A program made the translations under genes and the position numbers. A model generated the notes under the pieces. It was not told the DNA's origin. It did no database searches and saw nothing but the letters and a program-made list of their open reading frames with translations. DNA of 61,884 nt, the filler included, from Basidiobolus ranarum (lineage: Eukaryota): NCBI GenBank assembly GCA_040143965.1. It is 4 parts of 4 records of this genome, joined end to end, with 100 filler letters (N's around TTAATTAATTAA, not from the genome) between each part and the next. Parts side by side here need not be neighbours in the genome. Positions count along the whole stretch, not along the records: positions 15,534 to 30,953 come from JASJQH010007255.1; 3 more parts are not named here. The stretch is one strand, 5' to 3'. Numbering within the stretch: position 1 is the first letter of the stretch; every line of letters begins with the position of its first letter. Below are positions 16,069 through 29,060 of this stretch, piece after piece.

Positions 16069-18038
16069 TGCGACATTTAGAATGTTTTCATACAAGGAAA
16101 GAGTTTCTAACTCCCGATACCTTTAAATAAATCGCATTTTCCCAATTATTTATTTTTCCAGAATCCAAGAATTTGATTCGTTTATGACAACTTAAAATTA
16201 CTGCGAGATGCAACTGTATATTTAGGATTGAATAGGGAAGTATTTAGATGAGCAATACAGCAATACCAACGTTTTCCAACGAGTAATTCTATAGAATTAT
16301 CCATAAATAATACCAGGAATAAAGCTTTTTGATTCATTTTATGTCGAAGGCTCGCGAAGAATACTACTTCACCAAGAATGATACTTTTTCATAAAGTCAC
16401 TAGCATCAACAACTAAACACCAAGATTACTGGGGAACGCTACAGAACTACGTCCTAACATTGCTAATACGAATAATACATGATGAGCAGTTTGCTGGGAT
16501 CCCCTTTACCGCGCATCCGTAGATTCAACAATTCCCTTTAGTATTACAGGAATAAGCATCAACAGAAACTGCTAGAGATACTCTATGCATCGAGCTTCAT
16601 TTATTTGAAAAAGCATTCAAGTATGAACTATAGAATAGTGCTTTGTTGAATTTATATAGGTAAGCGTGTGTCAGTCGTATCTCTCCTTTTACCGTTAGTC
16701 TATATATTCAGGGAAGGTCCCACCCTAAACTGTCAATCTATTTCGCTGGATCCATGACAAATTGCAAACCTATGACATTCCATGTTTATTGTTTATTTCG
16801 TACATGTCCCAGATTTACGAGGATTGAAAGTATCAGCAATTTTCGAGGGAATTACTATTTGCTTATGCAAGCATTGTTACTAAGTACTCAAGCATTGCAC
16901 ATGAGGCATTATTCAGCACAGCCTTTATGGTTGGATTATCAACGTTGCTTGGTATTTCATATCTGATACACCACATAGATATTTGATAAATTGAGGGTGA
17001 TATCAAACCATTTTCTTAAAGACCTCTGTACTATTACCAAATAGTGTACGTTAAACCAAGAATATCTCTAAGTTAATGCGAATAGTGTTGCTTGAATCAG
17101 AGGTGCTTAGGATGACGTTCTAGAGCTTCGCCGGATTTTTACTACCCAATCATCAAGTAGGTAATCAATAACGTTCAGAAGTCCCACATACGATTAATCT
17201 TTACTACACCCACTTAAAATCCTCAGAAATGAGCTGATGTGTATTTTGAAATAGGACAATAGAGTCCGCAAGAAATGCAATTTGAACAAACTCTTTATTC
17301 ACATCCATAGGGTTTAGAAACGAGATGTACATGAAGCTACATATCAAACCTAATTCATATACAACACCAAACACGATACCCAAAGGGGAAATCTCGTTTG
17401 GAACAAATTTCACCGGGTGTGATTTTTCTCTCAACTATCATGATGTTGTAAGAATAGCTTTGAAACATCTGATAACCTCGTTTTGTTTCTAAAAATCGGA
17501 TAGAACGAAGGTTTGTCATACAAGAAGGGCATCTACGGTGGAACGTGGTACATGATAGTTCGCTCAATATTTGCTTACTATTTTATAAGGGGAAATCGAA
17601 ACCTTTCTTCCCCTAGGATTAATTTGAAGGGTTGTGTAACTTCCGAATTCAGCAGATGATATGGAATTTTTCCCTTATGTTACATAACTTAAGTGTTTAT
17701 CCTCTTTTGTTGCTGAGAATGGTAGTCATCATTAGCTAGTTACAGACTGCAGACTTACTCTGCCCTTTCCTTGCTGAGAACCCAACCTAATCCCTGCTTG
17801 TCTACCCAATACCTCAACAGGTGATTCGAAATATGGTAGCAACTCGATGGCAATGGCTTACTTAATAATGGATGGGTTTTGTTTGAGATATAGGCCATTT
17901 GATATCCAAGCCAACGCGTTAGCGTACTACCAATCTCTACTACAAGTATACATGAGGATCCTTTACGAAAATCGGGCCACTTGGAGTCACCTAGAATAGA
18001 GTGAAAATAAACAAATAATAATGAGGAAATGATTGGGA

Positions 18039-18057
18039 AGGGTTAGGGTTAGGGTTA
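18039..18057 (+). repeat. Short interstitial telomere-type repeat (AGGGTT)x3
   Basis: agggttagggttagggtta. A two-unit reverse copy (taaccctaaccctag) lies at 27078-27092. Confidence 0.55.
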
Positions 18058-19302
18058 CCACGTGGTCATCTATGATTAGTAAGGGATGTTGCTAAATTTT
18101 CAAAATGATATAGCATGTCATAGATATCAAGAGAGTATCCATAAATACAACTGAAAAAACTTGGTCAATATCCAAGTTTGAGATTAATGGATGGACTATG
18201 TGCTAGTAATAAAATTACTTCCCTTCAAACTTAACTAGCATATATGATTATGGTAAGCAGAACAGAATTACTTTGGATTATGCGAAATAGAAGAGACATC
18301 AATTGGGATGTTTCTGATCATGGGCAGGGAGTTCTGCACGGGTTTACGAGTGTGATTTATGGTTAATAATTCCAAGGTATATCCGAAGTCGTTGTTCCAA
18401 TCTTTACTTTGCAGTATTAATCCAAGTATAGTCTGCCAATGGGTGGGTAACTAGTTGATATTTCAGGAAGTACAGCTGTATGTAAATATACGATACATTG
18501 CTGGTAACTGGTAAAATCCGAATAAGTACTCTGTAAAACTAGCTTTTTATCTAATACTAGTGTATAAACACACATGGGAGAGACATCAAGATTGAGGTTG
18601 GTCATCGAAGATTCCAACTGGTTGACATATCAAAAGTTAAACTAATAATGTCAAGCAAGATACACTGGCACTGGAACTCTCGTATGTGATAAAGAAAGAT
18701 ATATAGAATCATCAATGATTTCGATTCGAACGTATTAACTGTGCCTTGAAAACTCTAATAGGTGTACATAAAATCCGATGAAATATTGTGAAAAAATGTC
18801 CAGAATTTCAGTTGGAACAAAGTTCGTAATTTCTGGTTACTTGACATGCTTAATAAATGGATCCATTTCTTGGCTACTTCATGAACGCGGTCTAGGTTAT
18901 AAAGTACACCATTTAGAATCCCTTTGGAAAAGCAGGTATTTACTTACTGATTACATCACTTAACCGAAACGCTTCTGATCTAATAATCCCATTAGAAGCC
19001 ATTTACCGCTAACTTTTGTCATCATTTCAGATGTGTTCAGTCAACAGAATAGATGTGATGTTAGGTAGGTAGTACGATCGGTCCCGCAATGGGAAGCCTG
19101 AAATATCAATTATATATAACTAATGATGCAAGGTGGTATAAGCTGTTTACAGTCTAGCATGTTAAATGAAATAAAGCTTACAATATTTTTCATGTACGCT
19201 CTAGATATCCTTTAAATAGAACCAACTAGGTTTCTTGGTAGAATATCCTCCAGTACTTAGTGGATTGCCTAGTATACACAAGTCAATTCGTTGAATTCGA
19301 AC

Positions 19303-20268
19303 ATGCTCACTCCGTGTTGCTTTCTCGCTGTCATTGCTATCCTCATGCACACTATCTCAGCCATCCCAGTTCGTTACTTCGACTACGGGGACCAACCCTG
19401 CACTCTACAATTTAGCCCTTGCGCTCAACATTATCATCCACAACTCATGTATTCCGAGGGAGAAAGTCAATACAATAGGTTCCCAGTCATGAAGCAGGTG
19501 TTTACTACTATTACCAGGAAGCATAGCAACCTGAATACTGCAAAAGCTTCCAGGAAACATAGTATGAATGTCAAGTACCAGTCTGGCCCTAGTGTTGAAG
19601 CCGAAGGTGAGCAAACAGCGGCAGCATATGGAAAGAAATATGCTATGGAAGAACCAATGGGCCTAGGAACAAATCGCGTATACAGAGAGTTTCCGGGTAT
19701 GATGCAAAGGAAATATATGACTTCATGGAAGAGGCCAACCATTTCGGATATGTCCAAACAGTTTGACCATAATGAACTTGTGAATATGCCAACGATGGAG
19801 CAAGACGAAGAACGTCCCGTTACCTTTGTGAAACCTGGGACTTATCAAACTGAAGAGGCCGAATCTTCTGACATGCCCATGATGGAGAAAACTGAGGAGT
19901 ATCCTGTCGGAGAGAATTGGGAATCAGCACTAGGACAAACTAAAGATGCTCACCAGGAATATCCACAAAGTTACACCCCATCAGGTACCTTCAATATGGA
20001 GCTTTCAAACCTCAAACCCAGACAAGCTTTATTGGATCGGGTCAACGCATTTTCCTCCCGGGGAAGCCAAGCCCTGTCCAACTCAAATCAGTTTGATCAA
20101 GCTCAAATACTCGACCAAACTCTCTACCAGTATCCTCAGCCACAATCACCACAGATTGTTATTCCATATTGGGCCATGCATAACTTCGCGAGGCCATGTA
20201 GGGATTACCATCAATATGGCCGCTGTTACTTCGAGCCTAGATATTTCTCTGGTTACGAAGACTACTAA
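19303..20268 (+). CDS. Secreted hypothetical protein, intronless, Q/M/Y/P-rich
   Basis: 321-codon ORF with signal peptide MLTPCCFLAVIAILMHTISA. No recognisable domain. Confidence 0.7.
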   Translation: MLTPCCFLAVIAILMHTISAIPVRYFDYGDQPCTLQFSPCAQHYHPQLMYSEGESQYNRFPVMKQVFTTITRKHSNLNTAKASRKHSMNVKYQSGPSVEAEGEQTAAAYGKKYAMEEPMGLGTNRVYREFPGMMQRKYMTSWKRPTISDMSKQFDHNELVNMPTMEQDEERPVTFVKPGTYQTEEAESSDMPMMEKTEEYPVGENWESALGQTKDAHQEYPQSYTPSGTFNMELSNLKPRQALLDRVNAFSSRGSQALSNSNQFDQAQILDQTLYQYPQPQSPQIVIPYWAMHNFARPCRDYHQYGRCYFEPRYFSGYEDY

Positions 20269-21119
20269 TCATCTACGACTTGTGAAGCGCTCAGTTTTCT
20301 TTCACATCTTACAATAAAGTTGTATATCGATTTTCGGAAATCTCCTTTTACATGAGCTTCTTCTGACACTCGGCATGTAATATTGATATGTACACTCTCC
20401 AGAAACTCTGAGCTTTTTGTATCATAATATCCATGTCCAGCTATGTATCCCTAAATGTAGAATTCAATAGGGATTAGTGAACACCGGATATATAACATCT
20501 CGAGAATGTGAGCGGATTATTCCGGAATGGATCAATCTACTTTCCTTCGAAGGGTGAGTATGTCACTAAGGCTCAAGGATCTAGATTGGAAACCTCGTGT
20601 ATCCCCATTGGAATGATTAGCCAACCACTACATGATCCGGTGGTTTTCCAAGCTCTTCTAATCTTTACGCGTAAGATTCTTCGAGAATCAACATAGAAAC
20701 TACTGATTAGCCCTTTTGGATATATCTACCACCACGGATGCAAATCAGCCAATGGCCTGTTCACGTAGGTTGATGAGATTGCTGTAGAGAATAAGCTTAA
20801 ATACTTTAATTCATATGCGGGACACTGCACAACCCACCAATATAGGCATCATCAAGAATTCAAGGTCACCAAAAGAGGGCAACTGTTTGGGAAATGGGTG
20901 ATCACTTTATTTGGAATTTATCAATTGGCCAACAACTTTGACTACTGTTAGAAGCCGACTACAATCGAAAACAAGAATTTTTTTACAAAAGAAAGACATA
21001 CTTTGTACACGTGTTACCTGCAGCCCCAAGATCAGCACAGGGATTCCAGAGGAGCGTTATGAGTGAAAGAGACCAGCTCTAAGATATGAAAATTAAATAA
21101 CATGGGTAGTTGTGAGGGC

Positions 21120-22025
21120 TCACTTCGCTGAGGAAACCTCGTCGAAATCAATGGCGACCGCTCCGTTATTGTGCTCAAAGTCTTCCATCACGGTGGTCTC
21201 CTCGAGATTTTGACGCTCTGAACGCCACATGTGTGATCTCCAAACCTGCTCGGTCATCAGCTTGGATGATACCACCCCTAATTAAGATATGTCAATACTC
21301 AATAATCAATGTATCACCTTGGTGGGAGTTCACTTACATTCAATACTGAATAGATCAGTGTGGGCCATGATTTTCGCGAACTTCAGGATGGTGATAAAGA
21401 AGTAAAATACACAAATGGACAGAGAGAATATCAACCCGTCTTTCAAGAGTAAAGAGTATATGGCTCTAGGTGCTTCCTTGTATTGCGAGTAGATTATTTT
21501 CAAAAATGTTATCGTTAGATATATGATGATGGTGGTTTCCAGTCCAATGAGTATTAGCATATCGTAGAATTTGGCTATACTAGTACATGAATGAGTTCCA
21601 GGGCCAACATATATTAGATTTACTCCGTATATAAGCTTGACCCAAATCCCTAAATGTAACAACCGGAAGAGTATATAGACGGTGGTGATAAGACGTGCTT
21701 TGGGCCGAACCGACTTTGCTTTCAAATATAATATTGTGTCTAAGGATACCAAACTGATGTATGAGGAGACCGCATATACCAAGTAACGAGCCATACAAGG
21801 TATATTACTCGGTAAGGTGCCAACCATTTGTACTACGGAATTAACGAGCAACAACACCGCAGCTAGAAGATTCAATTTGTAGATGGCGTGTTTGTTGTGT
21901 ATTACCGTAACAATACCGTAGTGTATATTACTAATGGCAATTGGAAGCGATATAGATGCAATAATAAGGTCAACATCGTGATGCAAGCTCGGGTGTTGCG
22001 ACAGCAAAGGTATTGAATCGCCCAT
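21120..22025 (-). CDS. Multi-pass (about 7TM, GPCR-like) membrane protein; exons 22025-21338 and 21277-21120
   Basis: About seven hydrophobic segments, Cys at the start of TM3 and in the loop before TM5. GTAAGT...TAG intron, then an acidic tail ending SSAK*. Confidence 0.65.
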
Positions 22026-23218
22026 ATACCAAGCCAAGATAGTGGAAGAGTATAAAGAGAGGAATTTTGCTAATATAGCACACGAGTGGATACAAGTTGG
22101 AAAGAGTTTGCTTCGTTTGTAAGTGGGTCGAGACCAAATATAAAGAAAAGGTATACTTGAGCAAATAGGCTTTGGGAGGGGATTTATGTTTGAGTAGATG
22201 AAAATACTGGAAAAGCTTTCCTAAGCTTAATTTAGGCAGTAATGATGATGAACCGGATAAATATTTCAATCGAGTCCGATTGCTATTATCTGACTGTAAA
22301 AACTCCGAGATTATACAAGCGGTCATATTACTGGTCATTCCACTTAAAGAAGCGTATGTTCAAGTCCATTCTGTACGAGGATTGGCCTGGATCTTAAACA
22401 TTAAACGCCAATGCAGCTAGACGGAATCGGTAACCATATTTTGGTGTATATATAGTAAATGTACAGTTGCCATTCCGGAATTGCTACGTTAGTACTAGCA
22501 TTTAGTCGAAACATTCCCACCAGATACTCAGAAATTCAACCAGTAGCGTTCCCACTCGGCTTTTATTAGAAACTGCACCAAGAACTCTAGGTGCCTGTCT
22601 AGCAATTGATTACACAAACTAACTAACAAGGTGCTCTCAGGTTGCAAGACGACCGAAAGATAACGACCCATAGATTATTCCGGATCTACCCTGTGCGTAT
22701 GGCTATGTATTCAGTGTTCCATTCTAAGGACTCTGCTTTCCCAAATGATCGAATTTTTGCTCACGTTGATGCCAATCTCAAATAATGTGCCCAAAAATAC
22801 TTGCGTCACAATCTGATTCTCGCCAGTGTTGAACTATGTGGGGTTTCCTATATTCCATAACAAAGCAATCCAGTTTGGGCTGGATTCTATTCCGTGATAA
22901 AATGATCCAGATCTCAGGCCAGATTGCGATAAACCATGTTTAACTTGATGAGCGAGATGGCATATGTTTCGTATCGAGAGTATCGATTTCATCATTCAAA
23001 CACCTGTTTGCATTTAATCAATTTCTGGTCAAATTCTTCGTAAATCATTTGGAAAAAAGAAAAAAAACAAGAAAAAAAATCCATTCAATGAAGAGTTCAT
23101 TCTCAAGTGTAACTAGGAGAAGAAGGGCCCTTTTTTCGTGTTTATAGTGTTTTATTAACAAAGGAGTTCTCTTACTGTAAACGTATCCTAGCCTTGTTAT
23201 TAACTGGAGTATACGAAA

Positions 23219-24784
23219 ATGAGCAAGTCCATCCTAAAATTCGAAGGCCATAATTACTTTCGACAAAGACTTGTCATGGCTACTTTAAGTGGTCGTCCTG
23301 TTCGCATTGAGAAGATCAGATCAGACGACAATGATCCTGGTCTAAGAGGTACAACCACTTTGAGAATATTAGTAAGAGTGCAGTGTGCTGATGTTTTTAC
23401 TCAGATTTTGAGGCGAGTTTTCTTCGCTTATTGGAGAAAGTAACGAACGGGTCACACTTGGAAATTAGTTACACAGGTAATATATGTTTCTCTTTCCTCT
23501 GAACTGAGCTCACTTTGCTTTTTCCGATCGGTTAGACTTATCTTGCTGTTTTCCTAGGTACCACTGTCTTCTATAGGCCTGGTATTATAGTTGGTGGTAA
23601 ATTTCATCACGATTGTGGAGCTACTCGAGGTGTTGGTTACTTCTTGGAGGCTTTGATTGCTTTGGCCCCTTTCGGAAAACTTCCTATGAGTGCTGTACTC
23701 ACAGGGATTACTACCAATAATATTGACATATCTGTATGTACTGTAGCAAGATATATGCTCGAGAATGAATTTATTTACCAATTCGGCTTTTGACAGGTGG
23801 ATACCATTAGAACAGTTACCCTTATGCAACTCAAGAGGTTTGGTTTTGAGGATGGATTAGAGCTTAAGGTATGATCATGATTTTACGTGTGCCAGTGATC
23901 TCGAGTTAACGTGGATTCTCTACCAGATCAACAAACGTGGTGCCCCACCACTTGGCGGTGGCGAAGTTGTATTCAAATGTCCAATTATTCGTGCTCTCAA
24001 ACCACTTCAGTTTACAGAAGAGGGACGAATCAAGCGTATTCGTGGTATTGCGTATCCTTTTTCATTATTTCAGCAATCCCATTATGATGACAAACGTCGA
24101 CAACAACCTTCAACATTATCTCCTTAACATCTAAAACCTGTATAGTTACTGCACAAGAGTTTCTCCACAAACTGCCAATCGCCTTGTTGACTCGGCACGT
24201 TCGGTTCTTAATCGCTACATCCCTGACATTTACATCTATACCGATGTCTTCAAAGGCGCCGAATCTGGAAAGTATGTAGTGGATTGATGAGTATGGTTAT
24301 GCTAAATAAGAACCCAATTTAATAATGCTCCAATTGTGTAGATCCCCAGGCTTTGCTCTGACTTTGGTTGCTGAGTCCACCACCGGAGCGCTGCTATCGG
24401 CTGCGCTTGCCGCCAACCCTGGTGAAACGCCTGAAGCCATAGGCAAGAAGTGTGCAAAAATGCTGTTGGAGGAGATCAACAAGGGAGGATGCTTTGACTC
24501 TGTGTGCCAATGGGTTGGATTATTGATGATGGTTCTTGGTCCCGAGGATGTTTCGAAGATTCGGATCGGAAAAGTCTCCCCTTTCACGTATGTTCACTCA
24601 CGAAAGATCAGTTTATGAATGAGCAAAATCACTTACCATCTTTCTTTACAGAATCCAATATCTTAGGGATTTGAAGGCTTTCTTTGGTGTCACATTTAAG
24701 ATCAGACCGGATCCCGAGAACAAGACCATCCTCATGGCATGTATGGGTAATGGCTATGTCAACGTAAACAAGAAAACCACATAA
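23219..24784 (+). CDS. RCL1: RNA 3'-terminal phosphate cyclase-like protein (18S rRNA biogenesis); multi-exon
   Basis: FEGHNYFRQRLVMATLSG, PGLRDFEASFLRLLEKVTNG, KRGAPPLGGGEV, IRGIAYCTRVSP, SPGFALTLVAESTTG, FFGVTFKI, G-x-GYVN. Confidence 0.95.
24052..24145 (+). other. U12-type (minor spliceosome) GT-AG intron in RCL1
   Basis: 5' site GTATCCTTT, branch TCCTTAAC at 24121-24128, 3' TAG at 24143-24145. Removal restores IRGIAYCTRVSP. Confidence 0.85.
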
Positions 24785-25054
24785 ATCGCCATCCCCATCA
24801 CATTCCCTTGTCTTCATTCAATCTCACCCACCAACTTTTTACAAGTGTAGAACTAATAAGTGCTTATGATAGTAAATACCAACGAAATTCTATAGATTCT
24901 TATTAAAAATATTGATTTTAATCACATATGTCAGCGAATATATCTCACTTACATCATCAATGGAGAATCAACAAAATTTTAATTGATCCATTGAAAATGG
25001 CGATTACGGTGAAGAGGGATTTGCTCATTGTGCTCCTTCTATCTTCCTAACAAT

Positions 25055-25817
25055 ATGAATAACTTTAGTTGTGGTTGTATATTACCTACTGGTACGAAAG
25101 AGCCTACCTTTAAAAAGAGTAAATACTTTGAGGATCTAGCAGCCAGTTTTGCCGTCAACACAAAAGAAGAGAAACTCTCCGCACAGTAAGTCACTTTCTT
25201 TAAGTGAACCATTTCAAGAGTAGAAAGCGGGTTGGATATAGCTATGAAATGAGTCGTGTTATTTGTCCCACTCTATTGCACTATAGTTTACATTTCCATG
25301 GAACGGGTATATTTTTATTAACATTTCCTTTGGTGTTAATAGCTATTCCTGGATGTTACAGTTAAACCGAGAACTACCTTCTGGTTCATACATTGAAGCT
25401 GAGTTGGAGAATCCAGTGGACGAGTCTTCTCCATATAGAATTCCCGCGATAGAGTTAAGAAATAAGCAAGGAAAAACTTTGTAAGTGATATTTCTCCTCT
25501 ACCACTAGAGTTGATCTATATTCACTGTACCTCTTCTAACTGTACTGGTTCGTTTGAAAACCTGGTCTATTTCTTCTAGTGAAAAGCGCCGATACTATGT
25601 TGTATCTCCACCTTTAACTGACGTTGAATGCGGCTTATTGAATATGAAACTTAGAGTGTACAAAGATAAAACTAGACAAGAGGTGTTTACTTCACATGAG
25701 AACCAAGTATTGTCAAGAGTCAATACCAATGAATGTCTTCGAACCGAATTTATTGAGAAAATGCAAGCATTAGCAAAAGAAACTACTTGGTCTGAGATTA
25801 ATCGAGAGAAAAAGTAA
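25055..25817 (+). CDS. Hypothetical protein, 3 exons
   Basis: Splicing at two GTAAGT...AG introns gives a continuous ORF MNNFSCGCILPTG...SKYFEDLAASF...HYSWMLQL...EAELENP...YVVSPPL...REKK*. Confidence 0.65.
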
Positions 25818-26096
25818 TAGTTAGGGGATAAGAGGGAATATTTCCAGAGTATATCTTTTCAAAGTCCCTTGGATGAATAAAGCATTCTTCAATGATAGAT
25901 TGGTAGTACATAACAAGTGAGAAAATATCAAGTAAACTATTCTTTAAATGAATGATAATGACAGCGACAGTGACAGTGAACCAATCTGTTGACAAAATGA
26001 ATGAATTATGATCGAGTGTTTTCGTAGATGTGTCTAGGAGTTGGAGTTAACAACTGTACAATTCAAATGTTGAAATATGGTGGTTTAGTTCAGATG

Positions 26097-26952
26097 TCAC
26101 ATTTCAAAATTCCAGACTCTCTCTTCACCGGTAGACAGATATTCGGTACTTCCATTGATTTCCAATTTCCATGTGTTATCCGACTGTAAAGATACTTTGG
26201 TTAGGCTACATGCTGCAACTTTAATCTCTACCTCTCGATCCTTCAAGACCGCTCTAGCAGCGGCGATAGTGGATGCGCCATGACATACCAAGAGTATCGT
26301 ATCAATATCGAGGTTATTTTGGATAAGGCTATCAATCGTAAGTTCCAAGCGGTCATGGCATTCTTCAATGGTTTCCCGAACTTTCGTGGGACGTGTAATG
26401 GCCGAGTAACTCGTGTCCAAACGAGGGAAAAACGAATGTAACACTTCCAAGGTGGCAGGTTGTGGCAAGAAGTCCCTTCCGCGTCCGTACCATTCACTAA
26501 GAAAAAATTAAACATTAAAAAAGTGAATGAACCACGTCCCTTCAAATATCCTTCATAGCAAGTGCTTCGCGTGGATGTAAAGATTCTCTTCAGTTTTGAC
26601 TTAAACATAGATATAGCCTTACCTGAGACCATGTTCAGCTTGAATAGGTAAGCTCACTTGAGGATGTTCAGCTATTATATTTGCCGTTTCCATAGTACGA
26701 TAGAAGGGTGAAGCAAAGATTTTATCGACCTTTATATTATTTTTCACCATATAATCTACCAGCTCTTCTACTTGTTTAACTCCTTTCTTGGCCAAAGGCG
26801 GATCATAATTAAGGCCAGTATGATAAACGAATGGCTCATCCACCCAGTCAGCTCTAAAACCATGCTGTAAAAGTAAACGTTCAGCATTTGAGAGCAAAAT
26901 ATATGGGTGATGATGGAATACATACACGAACGATGTAGATAGCTTTAACCAT
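26097..26952 (-). CDS. Histidine phosphatase / phosphoglycerate mutase-like protein (TFC7/tau55 N-domain-like)
   Basis: MVKAIYIVR-HG(FRADW), DPPLAKKG, FASPFYRTMETA, EHGLSEWYG, LLVCHGA. Confidence 0.85.
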
Positions 26953-27698
26953 ATGTTACCGAAACTTCGTGAGAGAAAAGGATAGTGTATCTACCTTCAA
27001 CAAGTACCACCACAACCCTAAATACAAGACCAAGTCAGTCACGTAAACATCAAAAATTGATTCCTAGTTAGAAGGTTTAACCCTAACCCTAGTTATTAAT
27101 GGGGGAGAGGAGTCTAGTAGCCGAATCATGATACTCGGTAATTCTCGATGAATGCAGATGCACTCTATTTGCTAGGTTCATGCGCATGTTAAAGAACATC
27201 CCATGTAAGGGAATACATTGGCTATTTTAAAGATAATCGATTTCAAGCCACAGCCGATTTAGTGTTAATTTATCCACTATCTTCAATGGTCAATGAAGCG
27301 TAATCCAATCTTCCCTTAGTGCTAACTTTTATATATGGTAGAAAATTATGTGCGGTAGGTGTAAGTGGCACACAAAGGAAATGCTGTCTGACCGTCAATC
27401 TTATTCAAGGTCGTACAACCATGCCTTGTAAAGTTGGCGAGTATTTGAAACCCCGCTAGCATTTGTTTTGTTGCGATAATGCTTCACCCGCTCTTCGAGG
27501 GTCACAATAACAACGACGCATTGCATAGAGATAGTTTGCAGCTATTATTTACAAGTTTCCTTGATATTGAAAAACATATTACTACCGAAAAGTACAACTT
27601 CAAAGAGACTTGGGCGATAAGTTGTTAAATGAAGTGAATAAACATATAATAACGACATTATTTGTAGCTTGGGGAGGGTGATCAGATAATTATGGCTG

Positions 27699-28253
27699 TC
27701 ATTTAGCCGGGGAGAGAGTGAGGTATGGCTTAGAGTCTTGGTCATCGATCATTTCAAAGCCCAAGTTGAATCGGCAACCTTTTTCTTGAAAGAAATCTTC
27801 ATTCCACCAATTGAGAACTTGTTCGGCTTTGGTGACCTGTGTACGTTCACTAGTCAACGATGGACGACGACCACCATAGTTGTGCGAATGAGAGAGCTTA
27901 CGACTGAGTGATTTGGGGTCTTTGAATGCTGGAAGTTCACTTAATGCGGCATTCAACGCTTGAATAAAACGAGACCAGAAAGGAGCTGGGATATCGTAAT
28001 CCTGTAAAAGTTCCGATGGATAACTGGGATCGAGTCCAGCAACGGCTAGAGAGGCGGATCGGACTTTTCTTCTTTGTTTACGTTCAATGGGGCTCATGCT
28101 CGCCAATTCGCGTTCGTCAGCAGAGTCTTCCACCAGTTCCTTGTTGGTGGCAGACCATACATGAATTGGTTTAGGAGATGTGGATATGTGGGAAGCGTCC
28201 ACTTTGGCATCATTGTTTTGACCAACAGTAGAGTCTAGCTTCAAGGGCTGCAT
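27699..28253 (-). CDS. Hypothetical protein (weak resemblance to the ERF4/GOLGA7-type fold)
   Basis: Intronless 184-codon ORF with YPSELLQDYDI..FWSRFIQALN and LNWWNEDFFQEKGCRF. Confidence 0.6.
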   Translation of the reverse strand: MQPLKLDSTVGQNNDAKVDASHISTSPKPIHVWSATNKELVEDSADERELASMSPIERKQRRKVRSASLAVAGLDPSYPSELLQDYDIPAPFWSRFIQALNAALSELPAFKDPKSLSRKLSHSHNYGGRRPSLTSERTQVTKAEQVLNWWNEDFFQEKGCRFNLGFEMIDDQDSKPYLTLSPAK

Positions 28254-29060
28254 AATAAGCAATCAAGTTGAAGGAAATAGAGTGACTTGTGTGGATCTCC
28301 TTTAATAGAATCAACAGAAGAAATTTATGTAGAGCTAAGATTACAATGTCACTACGAATAGGCTGGGAGAAAATGGGTAAGAAGTGATGACTCCATCCGC
28401 AGATAAGCGCGCTTATAAAGGATGGAGAGTGAATGTAAACTGACGCTGATTTACAGCGGTGGGCCTGGATGCCCTGGAACAAATGTCCAAACGCCTTGTC
28501 TTCTCCCGATAGTTTTAATCATTTTTCATTTGTTTCACCTCACCAGTCACTCCTAAGGAAGTCATGTGATACATAGAGATCATCCCAAAGCCTGTGGAAT
28601 AAGGGATGCTTGTCAGGTGCTAGATGAGTGGTCAAGTTTCGGATAACTAGTTTGACTCTGTCTTGTAGCTGAATCTGATGATAAAGAGTGATTGCGCTTG
28701 CATGGGCCAGCCTACCAGAGGCTAATGACTATCGCACTATCACTCAGCAACCCACCTGACTCGAATACCAACAGAGCCAGAACGACTGGGATTCCTTGTG
28801 GGCCCAGATTCGAACATGCCTACTCCATTGACACCTGTTGTCTGATGTAGGATTGGTAGGTGATGATGATGCATTAGTATCACAGTTTCTGAAGCATTGT
28901 TTATTGTGATTTCTAATTCAATGGGCAAGAGATACAGTCTTTGTTGGTTAACTACTTTTGGTTACACTCCCTTGCTGCATTTAGCACGGAGAGTGTGGAT
29001 TGTGGGGAAGGATGCTGGATAGATTCTAAGCATTATCCAGTGGCTCTGAGCACCCCTTGC

